The notes beneath the pieces are model-generated. The model saw only the letters and a list, made by a program, of their open reading frames with translations, searched no databases and was not told the DNA's origin. Both the position numbers and the translations under genes were made by a program. A stretch of DNA of 64,000 bases from the human T2T-CHM13v2.0 reference genome, Homo sapiens: the NCBI RefSeq assembly GCF_009914755.1, contig NC_060947.1; one strand, written 5' to 3'. Below, in pieces: positions 10,320 to 25,200 of this stretch. The stretch's first letter is position 1, and every line of letters begins with the position of its first letter.

Positions 10320-11149
10320 CCGATACACAACATGGGATCTCTTCCTTTATTTAAAGCACACTATACTGTATACATTGTTCAGCACTTTGATTTTCCAGCT
10401 CAAGTTTATATTTTTTATGTTTACCCATGTAGATACATGGACCTCTAGTTCATTTATTTTAGTTTTTAACATTTCATCATTTTCAGTTTATCTTGTTCCT
10501 AATGACCCACACTTATGCAGTTCCCATTTTTCCAAAACAAAATAATACTCTTATTAATATTTGTGTGCATGTCCCCTGTGAATATGTGCATGCATTGCTC
10601 TAGGATCAGCATCAATGAGTAGGGTTACTGATGTTTTGGCATGTATATGTTTAGATAGAGCACACGACTTTCTACTTTGTTTGATTTATAAAAATCAGAC
10701 CATTCCATATTGAATTTCCAGGTTAACCTTTTTCCTAATAAATAATGAAATCCCCTCAATTTATACCTCTAATTCTTTCATTCTAATGGCTGAATGATAT
10801 TCCTTGCAATTGATTTCCCATAATATCTTCAAGCATCTGCCTGTTGGCAGGGCGTACTGTATTTCCAACTTATTTAACCTTCTAAAAACAATGCTGAAAT
10901 AAAAGTTCTGTTGTTAGTTTACTAGAATTTTCTCAAATGGGTAATATTTCCAACTGAGTATGAGACCCAAGTTTATCTTCAGGATGTTTAATGAATGATT
11001 TAAAATTCTTCCTTCTTACTTCAGTCAGAATAGAGATAATTTATGGCTTTTTCCTGAATCTTTAATAGAGAGCAGAGGCTTGTCTGACAACGTAATTCTG
11101 CAGTGTATAAGGTTTGTTGAACATTACCCCAAAGGCACTGGAAGGGGCA

Positions 11150-11480
11150 TCACTGAATGTTTTCCAGCAAGGAACTGAGGAGATCAGATCTGTGGTTTAG
11201 CAAAATCTCTTTGGCTGCAGTATGGAGAAAAACAGACTATGTGGGAGGGGAAAAGGGAGAGTGGAAGACCCTCATCCAGGCTACAGATAGTGGTGACCTG
11301 AAATAGAGTGAGGATGGAGAGAAGGAAATGAATATGAGAGACATTTAGAAGACAGCAACAATAAGCCTTGTGGATTTCTTGGATCTTGGCAGTGAGGGAG
11401 AGAAAACAGGTTAAGTGGGGCATCCAGGTTCTGGCTTGGGTAGGAGATGAGATTCAGAATACAGGAGGAGAAGCAGGTCA
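11150..11480 (-). mobile_element. L2 fragment
   Basis: gatcagatctgtggtttagcaaaatctctttggctgcagtatggaga...ccaggttctggcttggg is typical antisense L2. Confidence 0.7.
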
Positions 11481-13009
11481 GCTGCCTTGTGCTTCTCTTG
11501 GGTGCCTTGTCCTACTGAAGTATCATTGGATTTTAAATGACTGCTTAAGCCATACTAATGCTCGGCCTCCCACAACACACAGTCACAGAGCAAAGCAAGG
11601 TGCAGCCTGCCTGCAGAATTGTGGGAGAGTAGACATTGCCTATGACATTTGTGTCTTGGAGAATATTCTCTCTTTAAGCATGAGTAAACCCATACTCGGT
11701 TTCCCATGGACTCTTCTCAGAATGACAATTGTCCTTAGAACCCCAAATTGAGCCCATCATCACAGGTATGATGATGCTTCTCGAAATGCATCCTGGGGTC
11801 CTCTGGCATCTCAGGATGCCGACATGCCCCAAGTGACATCAGAGGTAATCTGAACAAAAGGTGCCAAATGATTCAACGCATTAAATAAGGCTGCATGCTC
11901 TTCTGCGACTTCAGTGCCTAACACTGGTGCCTTTAGAGTAGCTTTTTTTTGCTCCTCTTGGACATGCCCATACATTTTCCTAATGGGAACACCACCAGTT
12001 CTTCATTCTTTCTCTTTAGGAATGGGAATGAATCTGGAGGCAGACATGGGATAACTGCATCCTCAAAAAAAGTTTTTAAAGTACTCAATTACATTAAAGT
12101 TTCCCCAGGTGTTACCCGCTGCATCACTTACTCTTAGGCAATGAACAGTGGTTGCATTTCCTACTTCAACATATATCTGAAATCCATATTATTAATATTC
12201 ATAATATCAAGAATAGATAACTTGTTCTGCCATTCTTCATGTGCATTATCTCTAGGTGGTCACTGTCATTTGGATGCCCAATGTAGATATGAGGCATCTG
12301 AGGCTGTGACTGGCACAATAACAGACCTGGTATCAAATCCCTGACAGGTGATGGAGTCAGGAGTTTTGATACACTTCCCCTGATGGTGCAGACATTGTTC
12401 ATTCTCTCTGTGGGTCATTAATAATGCTATTCCCAGTACCACCACCCTCCCTGTCTTACAGGGTTGTCTGTGTAGATTTATGCAGCAGGCACCTTCTTCT
12501 TCTTTACCTCACCTCCAGCCTCTCCTCATCCAAGGGCCTCTTGGTCACAAGATGATCCTCCTGAGGAGGCTCTTACTTGTTTCCCATCACTAGTCTATAT
12601 TCCTTAGGTGCTGGGTTGTGTGCCTTGCTAGCTCAATGGGGTTTGGCCCATAGAAAATCCTCAAAATTAAGACATGATGGATCAAATGAATGAACGAACA
12701 AATGAATAAATGAGGCACTGTATCTTCCTTCCTTAACATCTCTCAGTTGGAGCCATTAGTGTGTTTGGCCTTCAGCCTGAGGTTTTCCCAGTTCTTGAGC
12801 CCATACTGATCAAGCGGGGGAGACCCTTAGACTCAGCCCTCTGTGCATTTGCATGGCTGTGTGCACATAAGCTGAGGCAGGAGAGCCCCCTAGGGCACCA
12901 GAATTTGCTTGCTCACCTGTATCCTTGCTTCTGGTTCCGTGTGAAGGTTCTGACGCTAGTCCCTCTGAGATAGACCATCTACTCAGCACTTGTCTGTTCA
13001 AAATTTGGC

Positions 13010-13660
<651 letters not shown>

Positions 13661-14189
13661 CATACCCTTATGACAAAGCCGAGTGTCGGGTATGGGAGTA
13701 GACTGAAGGAGTAGGGACTGGTGTATGTGAAGGGTGGGGATGTGTGACAAGGCAATGGCGGATATCCCAGCTGACATAAACCTCCCTTCCCCCTCCAGAG
13801 GACTGAGAGTCTTGAATGGCTCTGAGGCCGGAGCTCATCTACAGGCCATCTCCACCTCCTCCATAACTGTCAGAAGTCAACACTTCAAGATTAATAAAAA
13901 TCTTTATAACCTGGAAGCTACAAAAGGGAATCAACTTCATTATTACAACATTCCTTTTCTTGTCAGCAATCAACGACTAAATGAGCCACTATCCTTCCTA
14001 GAAGGGACACTGTGGCTTGAGAAACTTTTACCATTGGTTAGCATCAGCGCTTAGTGTGCCCTGCAATGTAATGTTAGTCTATGATTGTTGATGGCTCTCT
14101 TTAGCACACAGATGTCTGGACCTCAGGTAACAAATTCATGGTGAATTTGTTAATATCCCCTTTTAATATCCCCTTTTAATATCCTTTTA

Positions 14190-14660
14190 TAGCTGAGTAT
14201 ACTAATGGCAGCAGAGATGCAGAGAAGTGGACAGATGGTAGAGATATTCATGTGGTGGAATAGACTAGACTTGGTGATCAACTTGCTATGACAAAGAAAA
14301 GGAAGAGAGTAGTTCATGATGAGTTCAAAGGGCATTTGTTTTTCCTCTGGACCATTGATAATTTGATGATAGTACCATTTCCTGAGACATAAAACAGGAG
14401 GAGCAGGTTTTAGAGAGGAAATGACTATGAGTTCAGTTTGGGTTTCATTTGAGGTACCCTGGGACATCTGACTGGAGAAGCCCATTAGGCAGGCTGCTAA
14501 ATAAAGGAGTGTGGGATTTCTCAAGACATCCAGGGTACATTTAGAGATTAAGGAATCACCAACACACAGATGGCAAATGAAAGAAGGAGGATGAGCTTAC
14601 CTAGAGAGAATGCATAGACATAAGCAAGTCTAACATTTAAGGCTTAAGAAGAAAATGAGA
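14190..14660 (-). mobile_element. L2 fragment
   Basis: atggcagcagagatgcagagaagtggacagat...atgagttcagtttggg...tttgaggtaccctgggacatct is antisense L2. Confidence 0.8.
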
Positions 14661-15000
14661 ATGCACAGTGTTTAGAAAGCATTTTAAGATTAAAATAGTT
14701 AAATAGTAAAATATATTTAAAAGTCATTTCATATTTAAAAGAGAGTCAATTTTCTTTCAGTATTCAAGTAGCAATCTCCTGGTAAGATGCTATGCAGAAA
14801 ATCATTTAGAAGTTGACTTTTAAAACTCTGAAAAACAGGTGACTTTTCTATTTTAGTAAGGCAATATTTTAGGTTACACTGTACTCAAGTGAGTAAAGCT
14901 CTTTAGTTTTGTTTCTAGTAGTGAAAAATTTCCTAATTCAGTCCCATGGATATCAGATGCTTCTAAATCATGATTTCCCATTTCAGGCACTTTTCCTACA

Positions 15001-15100
15001 TTGTCTTAGTCCGCTTGAGATGCCACAACAAAATATCACAGACTAGGAGGCTTAAGCAACAGGAATTTATTTTCTCACAGTACTGGAGACTGAGAGAAGT
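15001..15100 (-). mobile_element. MaLR LTR (MLT1A-like) terminal fragment
   Basis: tgtcttagtcc...aacaaaatatcacagactaggaggcttaagcaacaggaatttattttctcacagtactggagactg. Confidence 0.7.
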
Positions 15101-16294
15101 GCTTCTAAGTGAATGAGGGTTCTACAGCCAAAATATGAGCTATTAAAGAAATGGAAGCTGGCATTGAAATTTTGAATGCCTTTGATTTTCTTTTTTATTT
15201 GTCAGCATTGTCAACTGTGATCACATAGTTCATATTGTATAGCAGAAGGGAAAAAAGAAAACAACAAAACTCCCAAATTATTACAAAACCTGTGGGGGAA
15301 GGAAAGGGAAAACTCTCAGCTCTTTGTTCCTCCAGGGACAGTTTCTAGGACCTAACTTTTGGCTCCAAGCTCAGACTCCTTTCCAAATATTCTTCTTCAC
15401 TCGGGTTGCCAGCTCTAGTTGTAGCAATAACAATGGCTAGCTACCACTAATTGAACATCTACTATGTGCCAGATACTTTACTCATTTAAGAATCAAATTT
15501 ACTGAACATTTATTATATGCTAGGCACTGGTCCACTCATTGGGATTTTAAGGATGAGGTCTCAGTCTATTAGAGCAAACAGGGAATTTAGAAAGGTGGGT
15601 ATAACAGGTGCTGCCTTTGATTAGGAAAATCTTGAATGATGCATACAAGCATGAATCAGGGGAATCAGCCTAATTTTTAGTGGTCAGGGAAGGTATGTAT
15701 GAGTAAGTAAGTGGTCTAGATTGAGACGCAAAGTTTGGTAGGAGTTAGCTAGGAGAAGAGTGAGGGAAAGTGTTGCATACAAATGGAACAGTATGTTTGA
15801 GGACCTGGAAGCCAAAATGAACTCAGGCACTTATAAGAGTTTTGGTGATTGTAAACTTTTCTCTCTAAGAGTCAAGTTTTATTTCCTGTGTGACCCGAGT
15901 ATCTGGAGGCACGCATAATTTTTAGTCCATAATACTATATACATTGTGTGGCTGTGCATAATTTATTCCACCATAACCCTACTGCTGAATATGTATTTAC
16001 TTGCTTTTAGAAGCAATGCTATTGCCCTCATCCTGTACACATTTTTACACTTGTCCATTATTTAGTTATAATATATTTCCAGTCATGGAATTTCTGATTC
16101 AGATGGCTGTGCACATTTAAACTGTGATGCATGTATCCAGCTTGACTCTCTTGAATGTTTGTGTCATTTCATGGTATCACCAGTAGTGAACTGATAGTGA
16201 CTATATGACCACATCTGTACTTGCCTTAAGCATTGTCAAGCATGTTACAAATTGGTAATCAGATAAATGAAACACCATATCTCCCTAATGTTGC

Positions 16295-17425
16295 TTTTAA
16301 CAGTTTTTTGATGTGTAATTGGCATACAATAAACCACATATCTTTAAACTACATATATAAGTTTTGACATCAAAACTTATGAAACTGTACACCTTAAATA
16401 TATGTAGCTTATCATATGCCTATATATATATATATATATATACCTGTGAAACTGTCACCATAATCAAGATATTATCATATCCTTCATCATCAAGTTTCTT
16501 CATGCCCCTTTGTAATCTTCCTCTTTATATCACTTCCCTTCCCTCATCCCAGAGAAACACCAATTTGCTTTCTATCAAAATAGATTATATTGTATTTCCT
16601 GTAGTTCATACAAATAGAATCATACTATAGGTACTCTTGTTTTTCAATCTAGCACCTTTCACCCAGCTTAATTATTGTGAGATTCATTCATGCTGCTGTG
16701 TGTATCAAACATTCTTTTTTTCTGTTATCTCATTGTATGGATGTATCACAATTTGCTTATCCATTTACCTGTTGATGGACATTTGGGTTGCTTACAGCTT
16801 TTGACTATTACAAATAAAGCTACTATAAACATTTGTGTGCAAGTCGTATGAACATATGCTTTCATTTATCTTGGGTAAATAAGTGTGGAATGGCTGGATA
16901 GTATAGCAGGTGTACGTTTAACTTTTAAATAAATTTCCAAAATATTTCCCAAAGCTATTGTCAAATTTCACATTCCTACCAGAAATGTACAAAAATACCA
17001 GTTCCTTCAAATCCTTGCCAACATTTATTATTTTCTATCTTATTATAGCCATCTTAGTGTGTGAAGTGTTATCTCATTGTAGTTTTTATTTGTATTTCCT
17101 AATGATGAATGATGTTAAGCACCTTTTCATGTGCTTATCTGCCATCCAAATACCTTCTTTGGTGAAATATGTGTTCAAATCTTTGGCCCATTTGTTCATT
17201 GGGTAACTTCTTTGCTTATTATTAAGTTTTTAGTGTTTTGTGGAATACAAATTCTGGATAAAAGAGCTTTATCAGATTTGCTAATATTATCTTCCAGACT
17301 ATGGTTTGCCTTTTCATTCTTTTAACAATGTCTTTTAAAAAGAAGAAGTTCTTAATTTTGATGAAATCCAATTTACCATCCTTTTTTCTTTTATGAATTA
17401 TGCCTTTGATGACATAAACAAGACA
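16295..17425 (-). mobile_element. Old L1M (L1MB-like) 3' region
   Basis: Antisense L1 3'UTR and ORF2 end (gttgatggacatttgggttg, catcttttcatgtgcttatctgccat-type motifs). Confidence 0.8.
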
Positions 17426-17427
17426 TT

Positions 17428-19735
17428 ATTTCTTACTTGTGTAAATGTGTGGGGTACAAGTGTAATTTTGTTTCATGGATATATTACATAGTGGTGAAGT
17501 CAGGGCTTTTAGTGTATCCATTACCGGAAAAAAATCCCTTGTACCCGTTGAGTAATTTCTGATCATACAACCCTCTCCCATCCACCAACTCTTCCAAGTA
17601 TCCATTGTCTATCATTCCACTCTCTATGTCCATGTGTATACATTATTTAGCTTCCACTTGTAAGTGAGAACATGCAGTATTAGTCTTTCTGTGTCTGAGT
17701 TGTTTCAGTTAAGAAAATGGCCTCAGTTCCATCCATGTTGCTGCAAAAGACATGATTTCATTCTTTTTATGGCTGAATAGTATTCTATTTTGTGTGTATG
17801 TGTGTGTGCCACATTTTCTTTATCCAGTAATCTGTTGATAAACACTTAGGTTGGGTTCCATATCTTTGTTATTGTGAATGGTTCCTTTTTCTTTGGGTAG
17901 ATACCCAGTACTGAGATTGGTTGTTTTACTTTTGCTTCTTTGAGAAATATCCATATTGTTTTCCATAGAGGTTCTACATTCTCACCAACAACGTATAAGC
18001 ATTTCCTTTTCTCCACATCCTCTCCAACATCTGTTATTTTTTGTCTTTCTAACAATAGCGATTCTGATTGGTGTAAGATGATATCTCACAGCAGTTTTAA
18101 TTCTAATTTCTCTGATTATTAGTGATGTTGACCATTTTTCCTATGCTTGTTGGCCATTTCTGTCTTCTACTAAAAAATAACTATTCATCATGTCCTTAGC
18201 CTTTTTTTTTATTTTTTATTTTTTGACAGAGTCTTGCTCTTGTCACCCAGGCTGGAGTGCAGTGGTATGATCTCCGCTCACTACAACCTCTGCCTCCCGA
18301 GTTCAAGTGATTCTCCTGCCTCAGCCTCCTGAGTAGCTGAAATTACAGGCACCTGCCACCGCGCCTGGCTAATTTTTGTACTTTTAGTAGAGATGGAGTT
18401 TTGCCATGTTAGCCAGGCTGGTCTTGAACTCCTGACCTCAGGGAATCCTCCTGCCTCGGCCTCCCAAAGTGCTGGGATTACTGGCGTATGTGCCCGGCCA
18501 GCCCACTTTTTTAATAGAATTATTATTTATTTATTTATTTATTTTTAGTTATTGTAGTTCCTTGTAAATTCTGAATATTAGACTCCTGTCAGATGCATAG
18601 TTTGCTAATATTTTCTCTCATTCTACAGGTTGTCTCTGTTCACCCTGTTGATTACTTCTTTTACTGTGCAGAAGCTTTTCAGTGTAACTAAATCCCATTT
18701 GTCTGTTTTTGGTTTTGTTGCCTATGCTTTTGAGATATTAGGCATAAATTCTTTGCCTATATCAAAGTCCAGGAGAGTTTTCCCTAGGCCTTCTTCTAGT
18801 ATTTTTATAGTTTTGGGTTTTACATTTAAGTCTTTAATCATTATTGAGTTGATTTTTTTTAATATGGTGACAGATAGGGGTCCAGTTTCATTCTTCTGCA
18901 TATGGCAATCCAGTTATCCCGGCACCATTTATTGAACCCAGTGTGCTTTCTCCAGTATATGTTCTTGTGGCTTTGTAAAAAATCTGTTAGCTTTAAATAT
19001 GTGCCTTTATTTCTGGGTTCTTTATTCTGTTCCATTGATTTACATGTTTATTTTTATACCACTATCATGCTTTTTCATTTACTGTAGCCTTGTAGTATAA
19101 TTTGGAGTCAGGTAATGTGATGCCTCCAGCTTTGTTCTTTTTTCTTAAGCTCACTCTGGCTATTGGGGCTCTTTTTTGGTTCCGTGCAAATTTTAGGATT
19201 TTTTTTTAGTTCTACGAAAAATGACATTGATATTTTGAAAGGGATTGCATTTAATCTGTAGCAATCTAAAGCAATTGCTTGAGGCAGTTTTGCCATTTTA
19301 ATGATATTAATTCTTCAGATTCATGAGGATAGGATGTTTTGCCTTTTGTTTGTGTCATCTACAATTTCTTTCATTAGTGTTTTGTAGTTTTCCTTGTAGA
19401 GATCTTTCATCTCCATGGTTAAATATATCACTAGGTATTTTTTTGTGGCTATTGTAAATGGAATTGTCTTCTTGATTTGGTTCTTGGCTTGACTGTTATT
19501 TGTGTATAGAAATGCTACTGATTTTTGTATGTGGATTTTATATCCTGAAGCTTTACTGAATTCATTTATCAAGTCTAAGAGTGTTTTGGTGGAGACTTTA
19601 GGGTTTTCTAGATATAATCAGCAAACAGGGATAACTGGCTTTTTCTTTTTCAATTTGGTTGCCCTTTTTTTCTCTCTCTTGCCTGATTGCTATTGAATAA
19701 GAGTGGTGAAAGTGGGCATCCTCGTCCTGTTCTAG
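17428..19735 (-). mobile_element. L1MA/L1PB-type element, 3'UTR plus ORF2 part
   Basis: Begins with an L1MA-like 3' end (ggggtacaagtgtaattttg...gtggtgaagtcagggc). ORFs 19108..19296 and 19321..19572 translate as ORF2 ([25 protein letters not shown]). Confidence 0.9.
18201..18499 (-). mobile_element. AluS (Sq/Sx-like)
   Basis: Poly-T followed by a full dimeric antisense Alu ending in cccggcc. Confidence 0.95.
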
Positions 19736-19739
19736 AATA

Positions 19740-20420
19740 TTTTTGAACCTAGGATTAGCATGAGTTGGGAAGCAGTTATTTTCCTTCAAGCTTTTGGGAG
19801 AATTTTTAGGAATGACATTATTTCTTGCTTAAATATTTGGTAGAATTCAACAGTGAAGCCATCTGGGCCTGTAGTTTCCTTTGTGAGACAGTTTTAAACT
19901 ATAAATTTAATTTCTTCATTAGATGTGGAATTATTTAAGCTATCTATTTCATCTTGAGTTAGCTTTGTTAGTTTGTACCTATCAAGGATTTTTTCCATTT
20001 AATGTAAGTTGTGTAATTTATTGGCATGAAGGTCTTCATAACATTCCCTTCTCTTATTAAAATCTCTAGAGTCTATAATAATGCCATCTCTCTCTTTCTT
20101 AACATTGATAATTTGTCTTCTGTCTTACTTTCCTGATCACCTGCGTAGAGATTCATCAATTTTGTTGACTTCTCAAAGAAACCAACTTTTCGATTCATTG
20201 ATTTTTCTCTATTTTCTGCTTTCTATTTCACTGATTTTTGTTGTGATTTTTTTTTCTACCTACTTTAGGTTTAATTTGCTCTTCTTTTTCCATTTTCTTA
20301 AGGTGGATGCTGAAATCATAATGTTGAGACCACTCTTTACTTCTGATATTGATGTATATGTAATGCTATAAAATTTCCCCTAAGTATTGTTTTAGTGGCA
20401 TTGCACAGACTTTTTCCTTT
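19740..20420 (-). mobile_element. Old L1M ORF2 fragment
   Basis: tggtagaattcaacagtgaagccatctgggcctg and tcaaagaaaccaactttt are antisense ORF2 motifs. Confidence 0.75.
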
Positions 20421-20589
20421 TTAAATTTTCATAGAGTAAAACTGATTTATTTTACAGTAAAATTCTATAAATTTTAATGCGTATATAGATTTATGTTACT
20501 ACTACCACAATTAGAGTATGGGACAGATGTATCACTACCAAATATTTTCTTATGCTATCATTGCATGGTCATACCACCTCCCCACCATT

Positions 20590-22200
20590 TATCTTCCAGG
20601 GTTTTATAGTTTTAGGTTTTACATTTAAGTGTTTAATCCATCTTGAGTTGGTTTTTTTTTTCTTTCTTAATCTGGCTGTGTTGTCTTTCAACTCTTGGAC
20701 CATTTTCTTGTGTTTCTTGGATTGTATTTCAACCTTCTCCTTTATCTCAATGAGCTTCCTTGCCATCCAGATTCTTAATTTTATGTCTGTCATTTCAGCC
20801 ATTTCAGTCAAGTTAAGAACAAGTACTGTGGAACTCATGCAGTCATTTGGAAGTAAGCATCTGCTGGACTGAAGGAGCCAAGATGTTCCCAGTCTACTAG
20901 CAATAACACTCCAATGGAGGCCTCTGGCAAAAGCGCTCCAGCAAGGTAACGGCAGGTCTGTGCCCACACATGCACTGGTGAGTCTGTAGGGGTCTCCATG
21001 CTCTTGCGTGCTGGTGGTGGGTGGTGGCAGTGGGTCCCTGCATGTGTGTGTGCTGGGAAGGCAGCGGAGGGAGGCTATGGGCAAGTGTGCACTGGTGGGT
21101 AAATGCTGAGGGTGGGTGGGTTCATGCTACTGGGGGAAGGCTGTGGGCAGGTGTGCATCAGTGAGGGAATGCTGCTGACAGGTGTGCACTGGTGGCAGTC
21201 TGTCTGCAAAAGTACTCCAATGGTTAGGTGGGTTCTGCAGGTGAAACAGCTATTGCAATGTATGCTGGCAAGCTGAGGCTGTGCTGCAAGCAGGTGCCAT
21301 CAGGTAAGGTCCCTGGGAGAGGCCAACAGATTGGGGGGGCACTCACATCACACTGGTCTTGTCCCATGGGCAAGGCAGCCCTGCTCTCTTTAGATCTGGC
21401 AGCCAAGCTCACAAGGGCTACAGCCACCTAGAGGAGGATGGTGAGCCTTGGGGGCTAGGCACACATGGCTATGCTCCACTGAAAGCCATTCCCATGCCAA
21501 ATGCTTGGGGCTCTGTGCAGGCTGGAGTTCTGTTTCTTCAAACTCTCTGGGCAGTTCTCCCTGCCAGCTCAGATTTCTCTGAGGGCTGCGGGATCTCCCA
21601 CAGCTAGGATCCCAGAGGTCCATGGTGAGAATGGGCCACTCCATGCCTTCTTCACTCACCTCTTCCCTGGGGACCACTTGGGGCCAGGAATGAGTCCTGG
21701 TGCTTGGCAAACCTGTGCAGGGTTCTCAGCTTCCTCTCCTTTCAGTCTGGTGTCTGCATCCTCACTCTGTCCACTCTTTTTTTTTTTTCTTTTTTGAGAG
21801 GGAGTCGCACTCTGTCCGCCAGGCTGGAGTTCAGCAGCATCATCTCGGCTCACTGCAACCTCCCTCTCCTGGGTTCAAGTGATTCTCCTGCCTCAGCTTC
21901 CCAAGTAGCTGGGATTACAGGCACTCGCCACCATGCCTGGCTAAATTTTGTATTTTTGGTAGAGAGGGAGTTTCATCACATTAGCCAAGATGGTCTTGAA
22001 CTCTTGGAACTTTTGACCTTAAATGATCCGCCTGCCTCAGCCTCCCAAAGTGCTGGGAGTACAGATGTGAGCCACCGTGTCTGGCCTGTCCACTCTCAAT
22101 GTCTTGTTTCTGGGGGTCTGTTTGGAGTGAGCTAGTCTACTTGATCTCAGTGGGAGAAGCTCTTTCTGGCTTCAATTAGTTTGCCATCTTGACTCGCCAG
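20590..22200 (-). mobile_element. Internally deleted L1 (5'UTR and ORF1 start joined to a short ORF2 piece)
   Basis: ORF 20569..21084 joins an ORF1 N-terminus (EMAEMTDIKLRIWMARKLIEIKEKVE) directly to ORF2 C-terminal sequence ([16 protein letters not shown]). A GC-rich 5'UTR ends near gccatcttg (~22190). Confidence 0.75.
21778..22086 (-). mobile_element. AluS
   Basis: Full antisense Alu flanked by TSD TGTCCACTCT (~21768-21777 and 22087-22096). Confidence 0.95.
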
Positions 22201-25200
22201 CATTTTCTTTTGACCATTTTTATTTCTGTAAGGTTGGTAGTAATGTCCACTCTTTCATTTCTGATTTTAGTATTTTGAATCTTCTTTTTTCTTTGTCAGT
22301 CTAGCTAAGTTTGTCTATTTTCTTGATTATTTTCAAAGAACCATGTTTTCATTTTATTAATTCTCTTGTTTGTCTATTCTTTATTTTATTTGTCTCCCAT
22401 CTAATGTTTATTATTTCCTTTCTTCTGCTGGCTTTAATTTGCTCTTCTCCTTATAGTTTCTTGAAGTGTCATGTTAGGCTACTGATTTGAGGAACTTTCT
22501 TCTTTTCTAATATTGGTGCAAACTGCTATAAATTTCCCTCAGCACTGCTTTTGTTACATTCCATAAATTTTTGTATGTTGTGTTTTCATTTTTATTTATC
22601 TGTGTTTTCTAATTTCTTTTGTGATTTTTTTCTTTCATCCACTGGTAATATAAGAGTGTGTTGTTTAATTTCTACATATTTGTGATTTTTTTCAGTTTTC
22701 CTACTGTTATTAAACTCTAGCTTCATTCTATTGTGGTTGAAGATTATATGATGTGTAATTTTAATATTTTTTTAATTTATTGAATCTTATCTTGTGGCCT
22801 AACATATGACCTGTTTTGGATAATGTTCCATGTGCCCTGGAGAAGAATATGTATTCAGCTGTTGTTGGATTGAGTGTTCTTTATGTGTCTGTCAGGAGGG
22901 TTCTCTACATATCTGTTAGATGTAATTGGTTTATAGTTTTGTTCAAGTCTTCTATTTCTTTATTGATCTTCTGTCTAGATGTTATATCCATTACTGGGTA
23001 TGGGATATTGACGTTCTAAACTCTTATTGTATTACTGTCCACTTCTCCCTTAAATTCCGATAGTTATCACTTCAAATTTTGGGGACTCTTTGGTTCAGTG
23101 TACAAATGCTTGTGATTGTTATATATTCTCCGTTAATTAATCATTTTATTAATATATGAAATCCTTCTGAATGTTAAAAGATTACAGGACATGAAAGTGA
23201 TGCCTTTGGAAAAAATTATATTGCTTTTCAAAGTTCTCATATCTTCATCAGCAGAGTGGTCAAGCAAACACTATTTTATTTTCTTGTTTGAGCTAATGTG
23301 AACACAATTTGTGTTTTGTTTGTGCAGTCTTTTACATTCTTATATTTGGGCATCATTGTACAGGAACAGTTGCCTTTTGCAATTAAAGGTACAAAACAAT
23401 AAAAAGTTTTATGTAAAAAACCCTTCAGTTTTTCAATTCTATAAGTATTCTTTCTCATTTTGCATTTAAGGACAATTTTAACAGAAAGCATTTATTTATA
23501 AAACTTCAACAACTTTGTCTTTGGCTGAAGTGTATTGGCTTCTCTTTGAAGCATCTTCTCCATATTTGTTTTTAGTTGAAAAATAATAATGATATATATT
23601 TATGAAGTATGATATGATGTACACACACACAGACACATCCTTCTTTGTCTCTTGTAAAATTTATTTTACTAATATTCTGTTTTGTCTGATGTTAGCATAG
23701 TGACCCAGAACTCTTTATATACTATTTTTACATTAAATATATTTTTCCATCCTTTAAATTTCACCTCATTTGTTTTTTGGATCTAACCTGAGTTTCTTGT
23801 AGATAATGCGTAATTAAATTTTTAAAAATTCCATTCTGCCAACCTCTGCCTTTCGATTGGGAAGTTACATCATTTACATTTAAAGTAATTACTTATAAGG
23901 AATTACTTACTTCTGCCATGTTATTGTTTGTTTCCTGAGTGTTTTATAGTTTTTTTATTCCTTATTTTCTCCATAAATTGTCTTTTTTTGTGTTTAACTG
24001 TGTTTTTGCAGGGTACCACTTTGGTTACCTTTTCATTTCCTATGTGGATATTATTTAGATATTTTCTTAGTAGTTACCATGAGGATTTCAATTAACATCT
24101 TAAATGTATAATAACTTCATTTGAATTGATACCAACTTTGTTAAAATAATGTAAAAAATCTCTCTTATCATACATTACTATCCTTTTCGCTACTGTTGTG
24201 ACAACTTACATCTTTATACTTTGTGTGCATATTGTTGTAGACATAATTTTTATGCATTTGTCTTTTAAATATTGTAGGAAATGGAAAGTGGAGTTACGAA
24301 CCAAAAATACAGTAATACTGTCTTTGTATTCACCTATATAGTTAATTTTACTGATGTCCTCTATTTCTTCAAGTTACTCTCTAATGTTGTTCCTTTTCAG
24401 CATGAAGTACTCTTTTTAGCATTTCTTGTAAGACAAATATACTAACATCAAACTCCTTTAGTTTTTATTTATCTGAGGAATGTTTGAACTTATCTTTCAT
24501 TTTTAAAGAAAAATTTTTCCACACATAAAATTTTTGATTGAGAAGCTTTTTTCCTAACTTGTCAAAAAAGCACCCACCCCCTTCCATTATGTTTTCCATG
24601 GTTTCTGATAGAAAGTCAGCTCTTAAAATACTCTCAACAATCCCTTGTATGTGATGAGTTGCTTCCATCTTGTTGCTTTCAGTATTTTTCCATTGTTTTG
24701 CTTTTAACAATATGATTATATTGTGTCTCAGTATGAATCTTTTTGAATTTTCCCTATTTTGAGTTAATTGAGATTCTTGTATATGTACATTTATGTTTTT
24801 CATCAAATTTTGTTTTTGAGTATTATTTTTAAAATATTTTTTCTGCCTATTTCTTTCTCTCTTTCCTTCTGAAACACCTGTAATGTGTATGTTATGCTTG
24901 ACATTGTCCCATAGGTATTTTAGGCAATGTTTATTTCCTTTTATTCTTTTTCTTTCTGCATCACAGACTGGGTAATTTCTATTTTCTTATTTTCAAGTTT
25001 GCTGATTCTTTCTTCTGCCTGTTCAAATCTGCTGTTGAGTTGCTCTAGTAAATTTTTTTAAAATTTCAGTTAACGTGCTTTTCAGCAACAGTATTTCTAT
25101 TTGATTCCTTTTATAATTTCTGTCTCTTTTTGATATTATCTATTTGTTGACACATTATTTTCCTAATTTCCCTTAGTTATTTGTTCATATTTTCTCTTAG

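Noticed and set aside
14150-14190. 13-bp tandem repeat (ttttaatatcccc)
   Set aside because: A simple slippage repeat with no evidence of function.
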